Assembly (NCBI GenBank): GCA_028023455.1
Contig: JAQFVV010000006.1
Span: 6,200,001-6,264,000, forward strand
DNA: 64,000 bases
Direction of reading: 5' to 3'
Origin: Epiperipatus broadwayi
Lineage: Eukaryota > Animalia > Onychophora
In this document: positions 12,150-25,815 of the stretch, in pieces
How positions within the stretch are numbered: position 1 is the stretch's first letter
Layout: each line of letters opens with the position of its first letter
Notes under the pieces: generated by a model
What the model saw: only the letters and a program-made list of their open reading frames with translations
Database searches by the model: none
Told to the model about the DNA's origin: nothing
Program-made: the position numbers and the translations under genes

Positions 12150-13500
12150 ATAGTTGTTTTATTTATTAAAGATTCTCTGTTTTAGCAATTGATGAATTGT
12201 TATATTGTAAAAAATGTATATAAAATTAAAGAAGATAATAAATTTTCATTCACGTTTTAATCTAATTTCATTATATGTTAAACTTTTAATTGTTACTGAA
12301 AGATGTAATGTTATAATTTATGAAACATATACCCTACAATAGACAATATACAAAGATAAGACAAACAATCTGAAAATATCCCACCTTAGGACAAAGATTC
12401 TCAAACAGACTCTCAAAGAGGACCATGAAGGAAATAGCATTGCTCACTATTCTTACAAATTATTTTTTAAATAGCCCAATGTGCATAAAGATCTCTTCAA
12501 CAACCCCTCACAAAGAAGCAGTGAAAGAGAAAATATTATTCACAAAGATTGCCAATTACCAGATAGTGAGAGTTAGAAAGCATTTTCCCCTATTGTTTTA
12601 ACCTTTACAAAAAATAATAATTAAATACCGATTTACTGACCAATGTTAGATGGTTATTTAATTGGCTAGATCATGTACTTGAAGAAAAAAAAAATCCTAA
12701 AATTTGATTAAGGCGTGACAAAAATCAAGTTTTACACAGTCAGGATTTGAACCCATAATGTAGAAGTAGCAGGCGGGTACATACGTATGAAGAAAAATGC
12801 ATTTTTCATTATTTATAAACGTTACATATATATATAATGTTAGCAATAATAAAAAGATGCATTAATTTTAAAATTTAATTATACAGTTTTTATTTCATAA
12901 TTCTCTAAAGTATATTATTACCTTGAGTAAAAATACGATCAACTTAGAAAACAAATATTTGTTACATCTTTAAGTCGGAAAGAAAAAGCGAAACTTTATA
13001 AGAAACATTATTTAGTTCATCTTTTTAAATTGCTCAATTTTTACAAATTGATTTAATCCTTCCTCTTGGCAATATCAAGAATGTATTATTAATAATATGG
13101 TCAAGGTTGAATAAAGTTTCTTTTTTACTCTTAAGTGTATCAGAAAAATCTTGGGTGATTTATATAGAAAATTGAAAAGTTGTTAGCAATTTTCTTTAAA
13201 GAAAATGTTAATTTAAATAATATTTATTAAAGTTTATATAGTTTTGGTTAATAATTTAACTGGAATATAATTTTCTTAATGCAAATTTCATAATACAAAA
13301 GATTTATTAAAGTTAATGATGGTGATTTAAATATCGAAGTCCTAGCATAAGATGCGGAAAAGAAATGCAGAGATAAAGCCAAAGTATATATTATATGATC
13401 ATAATTCTTTTCCAGTTACTCCATTTGCTGTTGAATATCTTTAAGGTATTTATACTTTTCTAACATATGCCCTATGATGCAAAATGGTTGTGATGTGGTA

Positions 13501-14872
13501 TGATGCGCTGTGACTTCTCCTTATACGGAATCAGAAATCTCTCAGCAACTATGCCCAGAGAAACCTGTTAGCCACTTTGACTTCCCTTTCCATTCCCCAC
13601 CCTGTTTTTTCATATTCTTCTCTATCCTACTCCATCCCATTTCCACAACATAATTTTTGTCAACTCTATGTCCTTTATATCTAATTCCCCTTATCTTTTC
13701 TCAAACCTAACATAAAAACCAATAAGCCACTTTCTGTATAATCACTTTGTTTATATTTATTCTTCCACAACTTCATTATATGTACTCTTTCTGTTTTCAG
13801 GCATTTACATTCAATTAACAGGTGCCTAATATTTTCTATGCCTTTCTTACACAACTTGCAGACTAAATCACCCATATTTTTCCATTTATGTGTATATTCC
13901 CTTGTTGCTAAAGATCCCGTTCAACCCTTACACAATAAATTACTTTCCTTGCTATTATTATAAATGTACTCACACTCAATATTCTGCTTACTTCTATAAA
14001 TATTTAAACTCTTTTTACTCTCCGTTCTAGTTCTCCATCTCTCCATCTCTTTATTCTTTATTAAGACATCTATTCTTCTATCCCATTCCTTAACCCTATT
14101 TCCTAACACAATTATCCCACCTTTTGTATAAGTATACTGACATAAAGTTTTTATCCAAATGATCTGCATATCACCATTACCTTTCTCACACATCTTATTG
14201 CCTGACCTTTATTCATAACCCAATTAAATACTATTTTGGCTATTCTTTAATTATCCATAAACTGCAATCTACCGGACCTTTTCATTTTGCTTTTAGCATC
14301 TCTCATTTGCCTCTTTTCCATCCATACTTCTGCATCTAATGCATGTCTTTCCTAGTTCTCTTTGCATTTTTTCTAAGCAATCTAATACCCCTAACACATA
14401 AAGCATTGTTACCATATGATAATGCTTATACTGCCACTCTCTTCCATACAATGCAGCTACATCATATTTATTATATGAGAACACTGCTAATTTCTTTATC
14501 AATCCCTTTCTTTTCTTTGCTTCATTTATCATTTTTTTCTCCCATTCATTCAAGCAGTTTCCCTGATTACTTAAGATGATTCCCAAATAGTTATATCTAT
14601 TCATCACACTTAACTTTATATCACCAATAAAAATTCTTTGTCTTCTCTCTCCCCAGTATTAATCATCATTACTTTTGATTTTTCTTCACTAAATTTAATC
14701 CCCATCTCTTTACTCACCTTTGTGCATGTCCTCAGCATAACTTCCATATCTTCCCTTCTTTCTGCATGCCCTTGCCACCTACTAATGGTATCTCTATCCC
14801 TCTTCCTAATCTTTTTATTGCTCTCTCAATTTCTCTCAAATACAACAAAAACAAAGTAGATGACATAGATCA
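13501..14872 (-). mobile_element. 5'-truncated LINE (same family as 26460-30942), decayed ORF2 3' half
   Basis: ORFs 14293-14607, 13921-14193 and 13681-13875 (RYNYLGIIL; CKLCKKGIENIRHLLIEC). Shares its 3' UTR with the other two copies. Confidence 0.85.
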
Positions 14873-15145
14873 GTTTCCTCTTAGTTAAAGTCAATGCCCC
14901 CTACTGGATTATATTGTATCTAAGATATTAGTCTTTATATATATAATATGTTAAAGTCGTATAACGAATACTACTAACATATAGGTGAAATGGTCTACAA
15001 TTGCAGTTTTCAATGGTACATATTTAATAAGCTGTAAATTATTTATGGGCATATTAAAATCATTAGAATTAACTTCAAAAATTTTTAAACCATTAAAATA
15101 TCACATGACCACAATTTCTTTTCTTTGCACTAATTATTAAAATAA

Positions 15146-15447
15146 TAGCAACTCTCTCCATACAATATTTCCCACTTAATGCAAGCTATAGCAATCAATA
15201 GATATGAGAATTATATCTCATTAAATAGGTAAAAGATAGTTGCTGGAAGGATAGATTAGATCCAGCTTTCTAGGTGTATAGCTCTCAAATCTAAGACTCT
15301 TCCCTGATGAAAGCCACAAGCTAGAAACTAGTCTGGGGATATTAAATGAGTAGGCACTAGTTAGGGATTTAAATGCACAAACCTTTTGGCATCTATTAAT
15401 TACTGTAGCTTGCACTAGGTGATACTATTGTATGGAGAGAGTTGCTA
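15146..15447. mobile_element. Hammerhead family B element with inverted ends
   Basis: Perfect 21-bp inverted repeat TAGCAACTCTCTCCATACAAT at 15146-15166 and 15427-15447. Body matches 43267, 50146 and 50600. Confidence 0.8.
15298..15339 (+). ncRNA. Minimal type I hammerhead motif (family B)
   Basis: TCTTCC CTGATGA AAGC CACAA GCTA GAAA CTAGT C TGGGGA. Palindromic stem III ACUAGU, GUC triplet, A10.1/A11.1 apposition, stem I mismatch at 1.1/2.1. Confidence 0.6.
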
Positions 15448-16739
15448 CAATTTTAATTAATTAAAAAAAGTTGAATTAAACAACCATTCAAATAATTATA
15501 ATTATTCTCTTATAATCTTTGACATGTTAAAATAGTCAGCTAAAGATCTTTCTTAATTGTTACAATCTCAGCATTACTCATCAGCTGGTTTAGAATATCT
15601 GCTAGTATAGTTCATTATAATGTGCAAAGCCTTTTCGTATAAATACCAAATCCAATTTGTTCTGACTGTAAAGTATAGAATAATCACAATGCAGTCTTAC
15701 AGATTTAAATGTTAATTTTTACCTTCATTTGTCTTTGTAACTCAAATTTGCAAATGTTTGCTTGTGTATTGAAGTGCTTTCTTTCTTTTTTATAACATAA
15801 TGCTATCATCGAAAGCGCACATAGCATTATGTTATAAAGAAAAAAAGGATTCCGTTTGTTATGCAGATGAGTCATAATCATAGAGAAATTATTAAACAAT
15901 ATATAAGAAACAAGTGTAGAATGTATGACAAAAAGGACATAGATGAAGATAAAAAATTGATTAATGATTTAAAGAGAGCAATAACAGAGTATTTTCCAAG
16001 CAAAGCAAGATATAGAAAGACGTAAGTTGGTTTGATACATAGAACTAGTAATGATGAAACCAATAATAAACATGCTTTCTTTAGAATCAATAGAAATATT
16101 TTGGGTCTTTTTTTTTCAAACAATATTACTTAAACAATAAAAGAAAATTTTACTTGAATCAATAAAATGGCTACTTTGAATATTAAAGATATTCTTTATA
16201 AACATAGCTTATAATGAAATATATGTCCAAATGTAACTGCGCATTTGAACATTTCAAAATGCTATTCCTAATTGCTTGCATAAGCACAGTAAGTTTTTTT
16301 CCATAACAAGTTTTATGTAATTTATTGCAAACGTAGAACGACCAATTTTTAAGCTGAAGTACCCAGGATCAAACCTCAATTTGTCACTTCTGAAGCTCAA
16401 ATAGCACATAACCCCCCAAGTGACAAATCAATTGACTGTTAATATATATTATATAGAGTTGGTAAAATAATTGAATGGTCTACTGCTCGGTTGTTCATTA
16501 GAAGTTTGAGAGCTGAAAGGGACAGATTTGGGCCACATACCATGGATATTGAATTTCAAGGTCTGCCACTCTCCCATCCAGAATATAATTATAATTCACA
16601 GGATACTACAACCAAATAATAACACTTGATCATCAATAGCAAATAATGTTATTGTTCGTCATTCCCTTAACCCAGTTTATTTTACAACTTAATATTAAAG
16701 GATATATCAAAACTTTCAATAAGTTGGTCGCATTAAGCT

Positions 16740-17150
16740 GTATGCAAGGCATGACAGTTTAATTCCCAGAATGCATCTTCATAAAATACACATGAGGAAA
16801 TGTATATTAGTGGCTACTGTCACCTTCAAAGTAGTCCCCTTGTGCCTCTATATACTGATTAAAAAGGGTGTTCCCAATTCTGGAAGCACACTGGGACTCA
16901 TTTTCAGGAATACTGTTGAGCAGCTATCTCACATTCTTTTGGATATCAGCTATAGTAGAAAGTCTTGGTCCTATTTAATTTTGGAAATAACCAAAAAATT
17001 ACAGTGAGCTAAGTCAGATGAATGTGCAAGATGGTCTAGTTGTATAATTGATTTTTTGGCTAAATAGACCCTCACAATGAACACACTATGACTTTCAACC
17101 ACTCATTGTTATGCCAAAGTGTATGTATGGATATTTATTATCTTCTCAAT
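16740..17150 (-). mobile_element. Mariner-type DNA transposon remnant
   Basis: TGTCACCTTCAAAGTAGTCCCCTTG and GAAATAACCAAAAAATTACAGTGAGCTAAGTCAG resemble recalled antisense mariner transposase sequence. No open frame. Confidence 0.5.
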
Positions 17151-17353
17151 AACTAACTAAAAACTAGTTCTATCAGCTTAAAATTTACACATGTTAGCTT
17201 AAACAGGTTCAACCCCAATTTTCATTACTCGTGTGATTTCAATACAATTAGGTCATGTACGACACCACACGACCATTCTGAGAATTAAATTGTTACACCT
17301 ATATTATTTAAAAACATTTAAATATGCAAAATGTTCATTAAAATGGCCATATA

Positions 17354-17440
17354 GCATTGGTGGCCTAACGGTTAGCATAGCTGCCTTCCAAGCAGCCAGC
17401 CCAGATTCGCTTTCCGGTCAACGCTTTGACATATTAAAAA
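17354..17440 (+). mobile_element. tRNA-Gly(TCC)-derived SINE or pseudogene
   Basis: GCATTGGTGGCCTAACGGTTAGCATAGCTGCCTTCCAAGCAG...GATTCGCTTTCCGGTCAACGCT closely follows metazoan tRNA-Gly(TCC). Anticodon TCC at 17387-17389. TGACATAT trailer plus A run as in the other copies. Confidence 0.75.
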
Positions 17441-17611
17441 AAATGGTAGTGCTTCTCATTTGTTAGACCCCACTGACATCAGAAAATGTCATTTAGTAAT
17501 ATCAACTACTTACAATTCAATATAAAATTACCAAAAAAAAAAATCTTATTACACATATATGTATAAACTGTGCCTATAACCCAAAGCAGTTATCAAAAAT
17601 ACTTAAATATA

Positions 17612-18283
17612 TAAATAATATTTATTAAGGCTGTAGCCTCAAGCACATGCGTATAAAATGCGATAGTAGGGACCTCTACAGGTTTTAAAACCACAAGCTT
17701 ACTCATTGGAAAAAAAGAGGGGAACATTCTTTATTTCAACCTACTTTCTATTTAAATAGGTGAAGCTGAAGCGGTTCGATCTGAGAGTGTAAAGCTATTC
17801 AATACTTCATTAATTAAGTCCACATTTCTTATTACACATTAATACTCGTGAAATCTTTCAATTTACAACGAGTCAATGGAAAGATTTTATAGTGATAAAT
17901 CTATTACGATAATTTAAAGTTGTAATTATAAATTTATTTAAACGCACATTGATTACGTAAATAATATTCATTAAGGCTGTAACCTCAAGCACATTGACTC
18001 GTTGTAAATTGAAAGATTTCACGAGTATTAATGTGTAATAAGAAATGTGGACTTAATTAGTGAAGTATTGAATAGCTTCATACTCTCAGATCGAACCGCT
18101 TCAGCTTCACCTATTTAAATAGAAAGTAGGTTGAAGTAAAGAATCTTCCCCTCTTTTCTTCCAATGAGTAAGCTTGTTTAAGATGTAGAGTCTACTATCG
18201 CATTTTATACGCATGTGCTTGAGGCTACAGCCTTAATGAATATTATTTACGTAATCAATGTGCGTTTAAATAAATTTATAATT
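17612..18283. repeat. Young three-part inverted duplication
   Basis: 17612-17878 is inverted against 17992-18250. 17924-17993 is inverted against 18214-18283. Arms are nearly identical and retain CpGs. Confidence 0.9.
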
Positions 18284-18577
18284 AAATATATAAAATAAAA
18301 ATGGACAAACCAAGTCTTTCCAACATATTGCAAAAAGAGTTGAATTAAATTAATGCAACCATGTATTTGTGTTTAATAAGAAGACATATATAGATAGATC
18401 TTTAATAAAGATTGACATCCAAATCTGGGCTAAAAACAATACAATAATTTCAAGCTAAGTAAATATATTTAAAGACGGTGATTATCATTCAGTGCCAAAA
18501 ATCTTGTAAATTAAATATTGCAACATACAAAAGAAAAAGAATGAATTAAAATGAGTTTCCATTTATGAGAAGTTTGT

Positions 18578-19340
18578 GACCTGGACCATTTCTAGCGTGC
18601 TGGTTCAATTAGAAGTGTGTTAATTAAAAATGCATCATAAGGTTCGTTCACCTTTTTTAAAAATGATATCTCTATTTCTTTTTATTTCTGAAGTATAATC
18701 GCACAATATGGTTGTTTTAAAGTATAACTAAAAAGAGCAGATATCCCTTTACTAATCACTAATGGATAATCAATTTGGATTATATGGCTCATCTAAGTAT
18801 AGGAAAGTGTTATGTTTGATTAAATCTGAAAAACTGTTCAAATTTAATTAGTTCAGATTTGAATTCAGTCTCAAGGCTTGGCACACTGATGCAATAAGGT
18901 TCATGACATGGACCATTGGATAGGTGCTGATTCAATTAGAAGTGTATCAGCTAGAAGTGCATCGTGAAAGATCGTTGGTTTTTTTAAATTACATATTTAT
19001 TTTTAGAAGTATAATTTCACAAAATATTTTTAATATAACTAAGAATAGCAGATACCCATTTACTGATCACTAAGAATTATTAGCCAGGTTAACTATGGAG
19101 CATCTAAGTAGGAAAAATTTTTAACTCTAAATAAAACTTGAAAAAATGTTCAAATTTACCTGACTCAGATTTGAACCCAGATCATAAAGCTTGACAGGCG
19201 AATATACCATCATTACACCACGAGACTTAGAAATATAATAAGAATTTTTACCTTGATCGCAGATAAGAAAGAAAATCGTGTTCAAATTAACCTGACCCAG
19301 ATTCGAACCCATGCTATAAGGTATGGCAAGCGATTGAACT
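18578..19340 (-). mobile_element. Head-to-tail tandem of a ~325-bp tRNA-headed SINE plus a third partial copy
   Basis: Direct repeat units start at 18578 and 18905. Minus head 19168-19219 reads GGTGTAATGATGGTATATTCGCCTGTCAAGC...GGGTTCAAATC (A box, Asp-like GTC loop, B box). A third B box is at 19300-19309. Confidence 0.6.
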
Positions 19341-19629
19341 ATTATTGTTTTAGAAATATAAAGAGAATTTATATCGTAATTGCAGATAAAAAAAATCACT
19401 TTGATGACGGGAAGCGGGAGGGGGGTGGAGATCGTTTTTAAGATTTGCCCCTGATATCTGAATGTTTATTTGATGTATGAATTAATATTTCAGTCAGCAG
19501 CGAACATATTTAAATTTATTTATGGAAAATAAATTGTTAAGATCTAACAGACATGTATTCATTTATTACAATTTCCCCTAAGTATAATAAATATGATAAC
19601 ATTTATTTTTATTTCTCTCTGACTTTTTT

Positions 19630-19900
19630 TTTTCGTTACGACTTCTCAGGCAGCTCGGTGTGTGACGTGGCCTATGTCATTATGACTCAACACGCAGTTA
19701 CAGACACACAGCCGTTAGTTTCGAGTTGAACTATTTTTGGAGGAAAGTCTAAAATTACCCATTCTGCCTAACTCTTGCCAATTCGTTGTCATCGCGTTCC
19801 TATATACAACCGCGACAAATATGATAGAACTAATTATGAGAATATAAGCGAGGCCACGAGGAGGGAGGAAACAGATGAACTAGACAGGCTGTTAACTACA
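19630..19900. promoter_or_regulatory. CpG-retaining patch, possible promoter or enhancer
   Basis: Many CpGs in an otherwise CpG-poor window. TGACGTGG (CRE-like) and TGACTCA (AP-1) motifs. Confidence 0.3.
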
Positions 19901-21784
19901 ACTAACTTTAAATAATAATAAAAAATTGATTCATATTTTATATAAAAAATAAATATAATTAAAAACACATAATACAGATTCTTAGATACATTTTCCCTCT
20001 CCCCACAGGAAATAAATGCTTAATTGTGCAGTAATCTTTAGGAGAAAAAAAAAATTCTCACCAAAGTGAGATGAATACAGTGTGGATTGTAAATCTGATG
20101 AGTGTGTGCGTGCATTTTGTTTATGTAAAGGAATCTTATAAGTTTTCTAATGCTGCTATAAAATTGAAATGCTAGGCTGGGCAATGTTAAGAAGGTAACA
20201 CCGAAAGCCAAAAAACTAAACTACCGCCAATAAAAAATAATTATACGGTTAGTAACGCAAGAGGTTATAACGCGATCAAGGCACCAAGGGGCAGCTTAAA
20301 CGTAATACTTCAAATCAATTAACCGACGAGTTTGTTCTGTTTTTTTTATTTAGCAATCAATGTAGTAGTATTTAGTTCTTTTCTCTGCTGTTATACCACT
20401 GTATGAAACTCCACAGTGCAACCACCCAAATATATGGTTGTTTTGTTACAATACTCTGTCGCCTGGGGAATTCAATCCGTCTTCAGATAGATAACTTATA
20501 TAAATATGTACACTATACGTAACTGCCTTGGAGTATTGACTCAACTGTTACAATGTCTTTTATGTATATAGTACGATCCTTTGTCCATATTATTTACCTC
20601 CAAGTCCTCCCATGGATATTCCAAATCAATAGTTGATGATAAGTACAATATAATTATAAACACTATTTAGTTTCGACCCCTCCCATGGAAATCTGAATTT
20701 CATTGATAATAATGCCAAATTCTATATATTCTAAACAAATAGATTGTATATACTATATAGACTTTTTAATGTACCACGACTATCATTATTTTCAGTCGTC
20801 ATTGATCCACTGCAATATGAATGTCTCTCCAAATTTAATACAGATTTGTTGATTCTTAATCTTTCTTCTCTACATCATAATAACAAGTTGCCTGATTTTA
20901 TCCATCACCTCACATATGGTTTCTTTTTGAGTCTTTTATGATCTCATTTAAAAGATCCACTGTTCATCTATTATCATCCTCTCTGATCTCATGGAATCCA
21001 ATTTAAAAGTTCCACTGTTCATCTACTATCACCTCTTCCTTTTTATCTTTCATTTTGGTGAACATGATCCCTCACTTCTTTCAAAAAATTGAAACGTGAC
21101 TTTTTTCTAATCAAATGCAAAATAAAGAAATTATTGGCAAATAGTCATTCTATATAGACTTATAGTTTGATTTATGTAACTGTTAAATAACGAAATGTGT
21201 GGTTTATATATGTAATAAAATCAGATATTCTACGGTAATATCCCACACAAACTCAAATATATATTATTATTCTATTTATTTATTTCTAAAGCGCTTTTCG
21301 AAGGAGCTATGCCTTCATATATGATCCAATCCCATGACCTCATTTATTGAAATCTGAAACCAGTATATATAAAAGTAAAACTATCCATAAGTAGACCATT
21401 GAAAGACATAAATCTCTTCAGTAGCCCCTCATAAAGGGAACAGTGAAGAAAAATAAAATAGTCATCAATTTTGCCAATTGTCAGATAGAGGGAGTTGGCA
21501 ACTTATTTTAATTCATGTCACATCACATCACGTTTTATTGAGCAATATTGGCTGCATAATTGGATTGACTATTGGCTAATATGTTAAAATTTTTCACATT
21601 TTTTCTATGTGATTTCAGATATATGCACTATTGTTACTATTATGAGACACTTCACATTACTATTAAATGCATAAGTAAATATATATTTATTAATTATCTG
21701 TAAATGTTCCTTTGTGAAAGCATTTATGAATCGTTTTAAATATTATTTATTAATAGTAAATATATTTCTTTTATTAAATATTTA

Positions 21785-24597
21785 TATTATTATCAACCAT
21801 TATCAATCCACTGCAGGATGAAGGTCCCTCCAAGTTCAATTCAACTTCTCTGATCTTTAACTTCTCTTCTCCACATCACTCCTCCACACTTTCTTATTTC
21901 ATCCATCCATCTCACATGTGATTTCCTTCTGGGTCTTTTACAATCTTTTGGAATCCAGTTTAAGATTCAATTGTCCATCTATTATTACCTCTTCTAGCAA
22001 TACGTCCAGCTCAACTCCACTTCAAACTTTTAATTTTTTCAATGAGATCAGTAACATCTGTTTGTTCTCTTACCCATATATTGTATTTGTGATCATGTTT
22101 TGTTACTCCTAACGTGCATATTTCCATACTTCTTTGAGTAGTCTGAAGTCTCTGTATTGCTCTTTTATTAAGTGTCCAAGTCTCAGATCCATAAGTAAGA
22201 ACTGGTAAAACACATTTATTAAAAACCTTCCTTTTCAAACACATAGGCATATTTCCTTTTAGTATAAAGTTATTTCTACCAAAAGCACTCCAACTAAGTT
22301 TAATTCTATGATTAATTTCATCCATTATGTTTCCATCTGTATTAATAATCTGACCAAGGTATTTGTAGCTGTTAACTTCTTCTAACTCATCATAATCAAT
22401 CTTTATTTTCATATTTTGAGAAAATCCATTGAATATTACTTTAGTCTTTTTAACATTTATCTTTAGTCCTATTTTCATCTGATAACTACTGCAACATTTC
22501 CTGCAGCTCTAAAGCATTATTTGCAAAAACAACTACATCATCTGCAAAATCTAAATGACTTAAATAATCTCCATTTACTTTCACTCCTTTAGCTTCCCAT
22601 TTTAACCCACAAAATACTTCTTGCAGCACTGCTGTAAAAAGTTTTGGAGATATGGAGTCACCCTGTCTTACACCCTTCTCAATGTTGACTTTCCTAGTAT
22701 CATTATGTAATCTAATTGTTGCTGTTGCATTTTTATAAATATTCTTTAATATATGACAATATCCTGGATCTATACCTTGATGATCCAATGCTTTAATCAC
22801 TGAAGAAATGTTTATAGAATCAAATGCCTTTTCATAATCTACAAATCCAAAGCATAATGGCAACTCATATTCATTTGTCCTTTCTATAACTTCTCTCAAT
22901 ACCTGGATATGATCTACTGTACTAAAACCACTTTTAAATCCAGCTTGTTCTCTTGGTTGGTGGAAATCCAATGTTCTCTGTAGACGAGTTGTAATTATCT
23001 TGGTAAAAATTTTGTATAAAACTGATAAAAGGCTGATAGGTCTGTAATTTCTAATATCTTTTTTATTACCTTTTTTAAATATTAATATTAATACTGCATT
23101 CTTCCAATCATCTGGTACATCTTTATCATTTAGACATTTGGTATATAACTTTGCTAAAAAAAATCTATTTCTTCACCTGCTTCTTTTAATATATCAATTA
23201 TAATTCCATCATTACCTGGAGCTTTTCCTTTTTTCATAAATTTAATTGCATGTCTCACTTCTTCATTTAAAATTCTGGGCAATTTGGAAGATATAATAGA
23301 TATAGGAGGTACTTGTTCTTTATTACTATATAATTCTTGATAGAAGTCTTCTACCCATTTCATGATGTCATCTCTCTTTTTAATAATAGTTCCATCTTTT
23401 TTCCTTATTGCAGATATAGATTTCCTACCAATACCAAAATGTTGTTTTACACCCTTGAGACTTTTATTCTTTTCTACAGCTTTCCTTGCTAGTTCACAGT
23501 TATACTTTCTTATATCATTTTCAACTCTTTTCCACACCATTTTACAAAATTTGAAGTATTCAATCCTTTTTAATGCATCATTTTTGTATATCTTCATATT
23601 TTTTCTTTTCTTCATAAATTCTCTAGTCTCAATAGAAATTTTATTGGTCAATTGCTGCTTTTTTTTACCAGCTATCATTGTTGCATTTTTTAAAAGTGTA
23701 TCAGTTATTTTCATATTAATTTCATTCAAATCTGAATCATGTTCAAAATCTATTAATACTTGAAACTGATTTGTAAGTTCTAATTTAAATTCATTGGAGT
23801 GTTTCTGAAGATTAGGAATATTAACTGTAAATATTGTTTTTCTTAATAATTTTTGTCTCTCTAGTTTTGCATTAATATGTATCTTACATGTTACTAATCG
23901 ATGATCACTCCCTGTGTTATATTTATTAAGAACATTACAATCTTGAAATATGTATTTTCTGTTAGTCAAAAATATAATCCAATTCTGCTGTACCTTCAGT
24001 TGGATGATTATATGTCCATTTCCTTTTAACATTTTTCTCAAAAAAAAAATTCATAATATAAAGTTTTTCTTTTTCTGCAAACTCCACAAGTCTATGTCCT
24101 CTCTCATTTCTATTACCATAACCAAAATTAGCTACAGCACTTTCATTTTTCATTTGTTTATCAATTCTAGCATTAAAGTCTCCCATAACATTTTTAAAAT
24201 GTTGTTTACTGTGATCAAAAGTCTTTTGTACATCCATATAAAAATCTTCTACTACTTCATCACTATGAGAACTTACTGGGACATAAACCTGAATCATCTG
24301 CATTTGGTATCTGCTATTAAAATGTATAACTAATCTTGCCACTCTGTCCAATACACCATCAATCTCTACAATGTTGTTCTTCCACTTTTTATTTATAATG
24401 AATCCTACTCCACTTGTATTTCCAATATCTGTGCCTTTATAATAGAGTATATGTCCACTTTTTAAATCAATTGTCGGTTCACCTTTTCTTCTAACTTCAC
24501 AAAATCCAATATTGTCCCATTTAATATAGGACAGTTCTTCTTCTAATTCTTGCAATCTTCCTTCACTTGAAAGTGATCTGCAGTTTGTAAGTACCTA
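21785..24597 (-). mobile_element. Near full-length RTE-clade LINE with frameshifted APE endonuclease-RT ORF
   Basis: ORFs 23962-24555 (APE: VMGDFNA), 23154-24041 (TGSDHRLV, KAPGNDG), 22486-22971 (FVDYEKAFD, GVRQGDSISP, FADD) and 22011-22478 (YKYLG, LTYGSETW). Short microsatellite-like 3' tail. Confidence 0.95.
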
Positions 24598-25102
24598 AAC
24601 AAAAAAGTCGTCATCAAATGGCAACCTGAGTTCACAATTTGCTAGCAATTGGGTGTTAAATATTGCACAAAAAATGTAATTTATATGAAGCACATGAGCC
24701 CAACCTTTTGCATCATTGTACTTTCCTTACAATTGCTGATAATAGAGAAAATTTAATGACTTTTATTTAATATTAAAAAAATTACGATTTAATTTTTGTT
24801 TAATTAATTCAATAGTTCCCTTCTCCCCTATATCCAGGACACCAATCATTAATAGTGTTGATTATCTATGGTTTGGAAAAAAATTAAATTAAAAAAATAT
24901 AAATTTATAAATGTCATCTATATAAACACCGTCAGATATTTTTGTTGATGTCTTACTGTGTACATTTTAAAAATTAAATTATACTGTATGCGTGTGCTTG
25001 TGTGTATATATATAATATTTAAATACATGTACATTGTTTTAACTTAATATAATTATAAAGAATTTGCACGCAGACTTTCAAACGTCCCTCTGCTATCAAA
25101 TC

Positions 25103-25815
25103 CATCTTATACAACTGAGATACATGAAAAAGATAAATGATCTGCACTATATTATTTCGTGCTGAACCAGCACTCATCAGTTGGTCCAGATCACTATCTC
25201 CCACATATATATACTATCACTGCTCAGTTTACATTGAGATAGCAAATCTTAAAACCTTAATGGACAAGCTTCAATCTTCTCCACTCTCCAACTCTTCAGC
25301 CATCCATATCATTGAAAATCCAAGATGATGCCAATATTATTGGATATTTATGGGAAGTTTGAAAGTGTGAGTTCAAATCACGTCTAATTACATTAAGTTT
25401 AGTATAGACAATATACACGTATTTAAATATTATATATTCAGCCTATATTCTGCCCATCTCTTTTCTGTATAATTAAATGGACATATTAAGGTCCTATGTG
25501 TGAGGGGTCAGATTGACTTAAAGACAACATGGGTATGACAATAATATTGACATCATCAAAGGCTTTGAGCATTTCATCCTCAGATTTTCAATGATATGGA
25601 TGGCTGAAGAGTTGGAGGGTGGAGAAGATTGAAGCTTGTCCATTAAGGTTTGAAGATTTGCTATCTTAATATAAACTGAGCAGTGATTGTATATAAGTGT
25701 GGAAGATAATAATATAGACCAACTGATGAGTGTTGATTCAATATGAAATATGTATATTGGAGATCATTTATCTTTTTCACATGTATGTGGTCATGTATCT
25801 CAATTGTATACGATG
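25103..25815. mobile_element. Hammerhead family A1 foldback
   Basis: Arms ~25103-25320 and ~25583-25815. Minus motif 25145-25186 has a perfect stem II GTGCTG/CAGCAC but a broken stem I. Confidence 0.85.
25719..25760 (+). ncRNA. Minimal type I hammerhead motif (family A), core intact
   Basis: CCAA CTGATGA GTGTTG ATT CAATAT GAAA TATGTAT A TTGG. Stem I 4 bp, stem II 6 bp with G-U pairs, AUA triplet. Confidence 0.7.

Larger units (their letters stand above)
11772..12205. mobile_element. Foldback (family E) with U3-A8 hammerhead in each arm
   Basis: Arms ~11772-11975 and ~12003-12205 with a ~27-bp spacer. Confidence 0.85.

Noticed and set aside
17660-17712. Hammerhead remnant inside the 17.6-18.3 kb inversion (minus CCAATGA...AAAACCTGTAGAGGTC)
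   Set aside because: It needs several core changes, has no stem I, and the second arm does not support it.
20094-20120. CTGATGAGTGTGTGCGTGCAT as a hammerhead
   Set aside because: GAAA and the stem III/stem I partners are absent. The same applies to the minus-strand CTGATGA near 15580.
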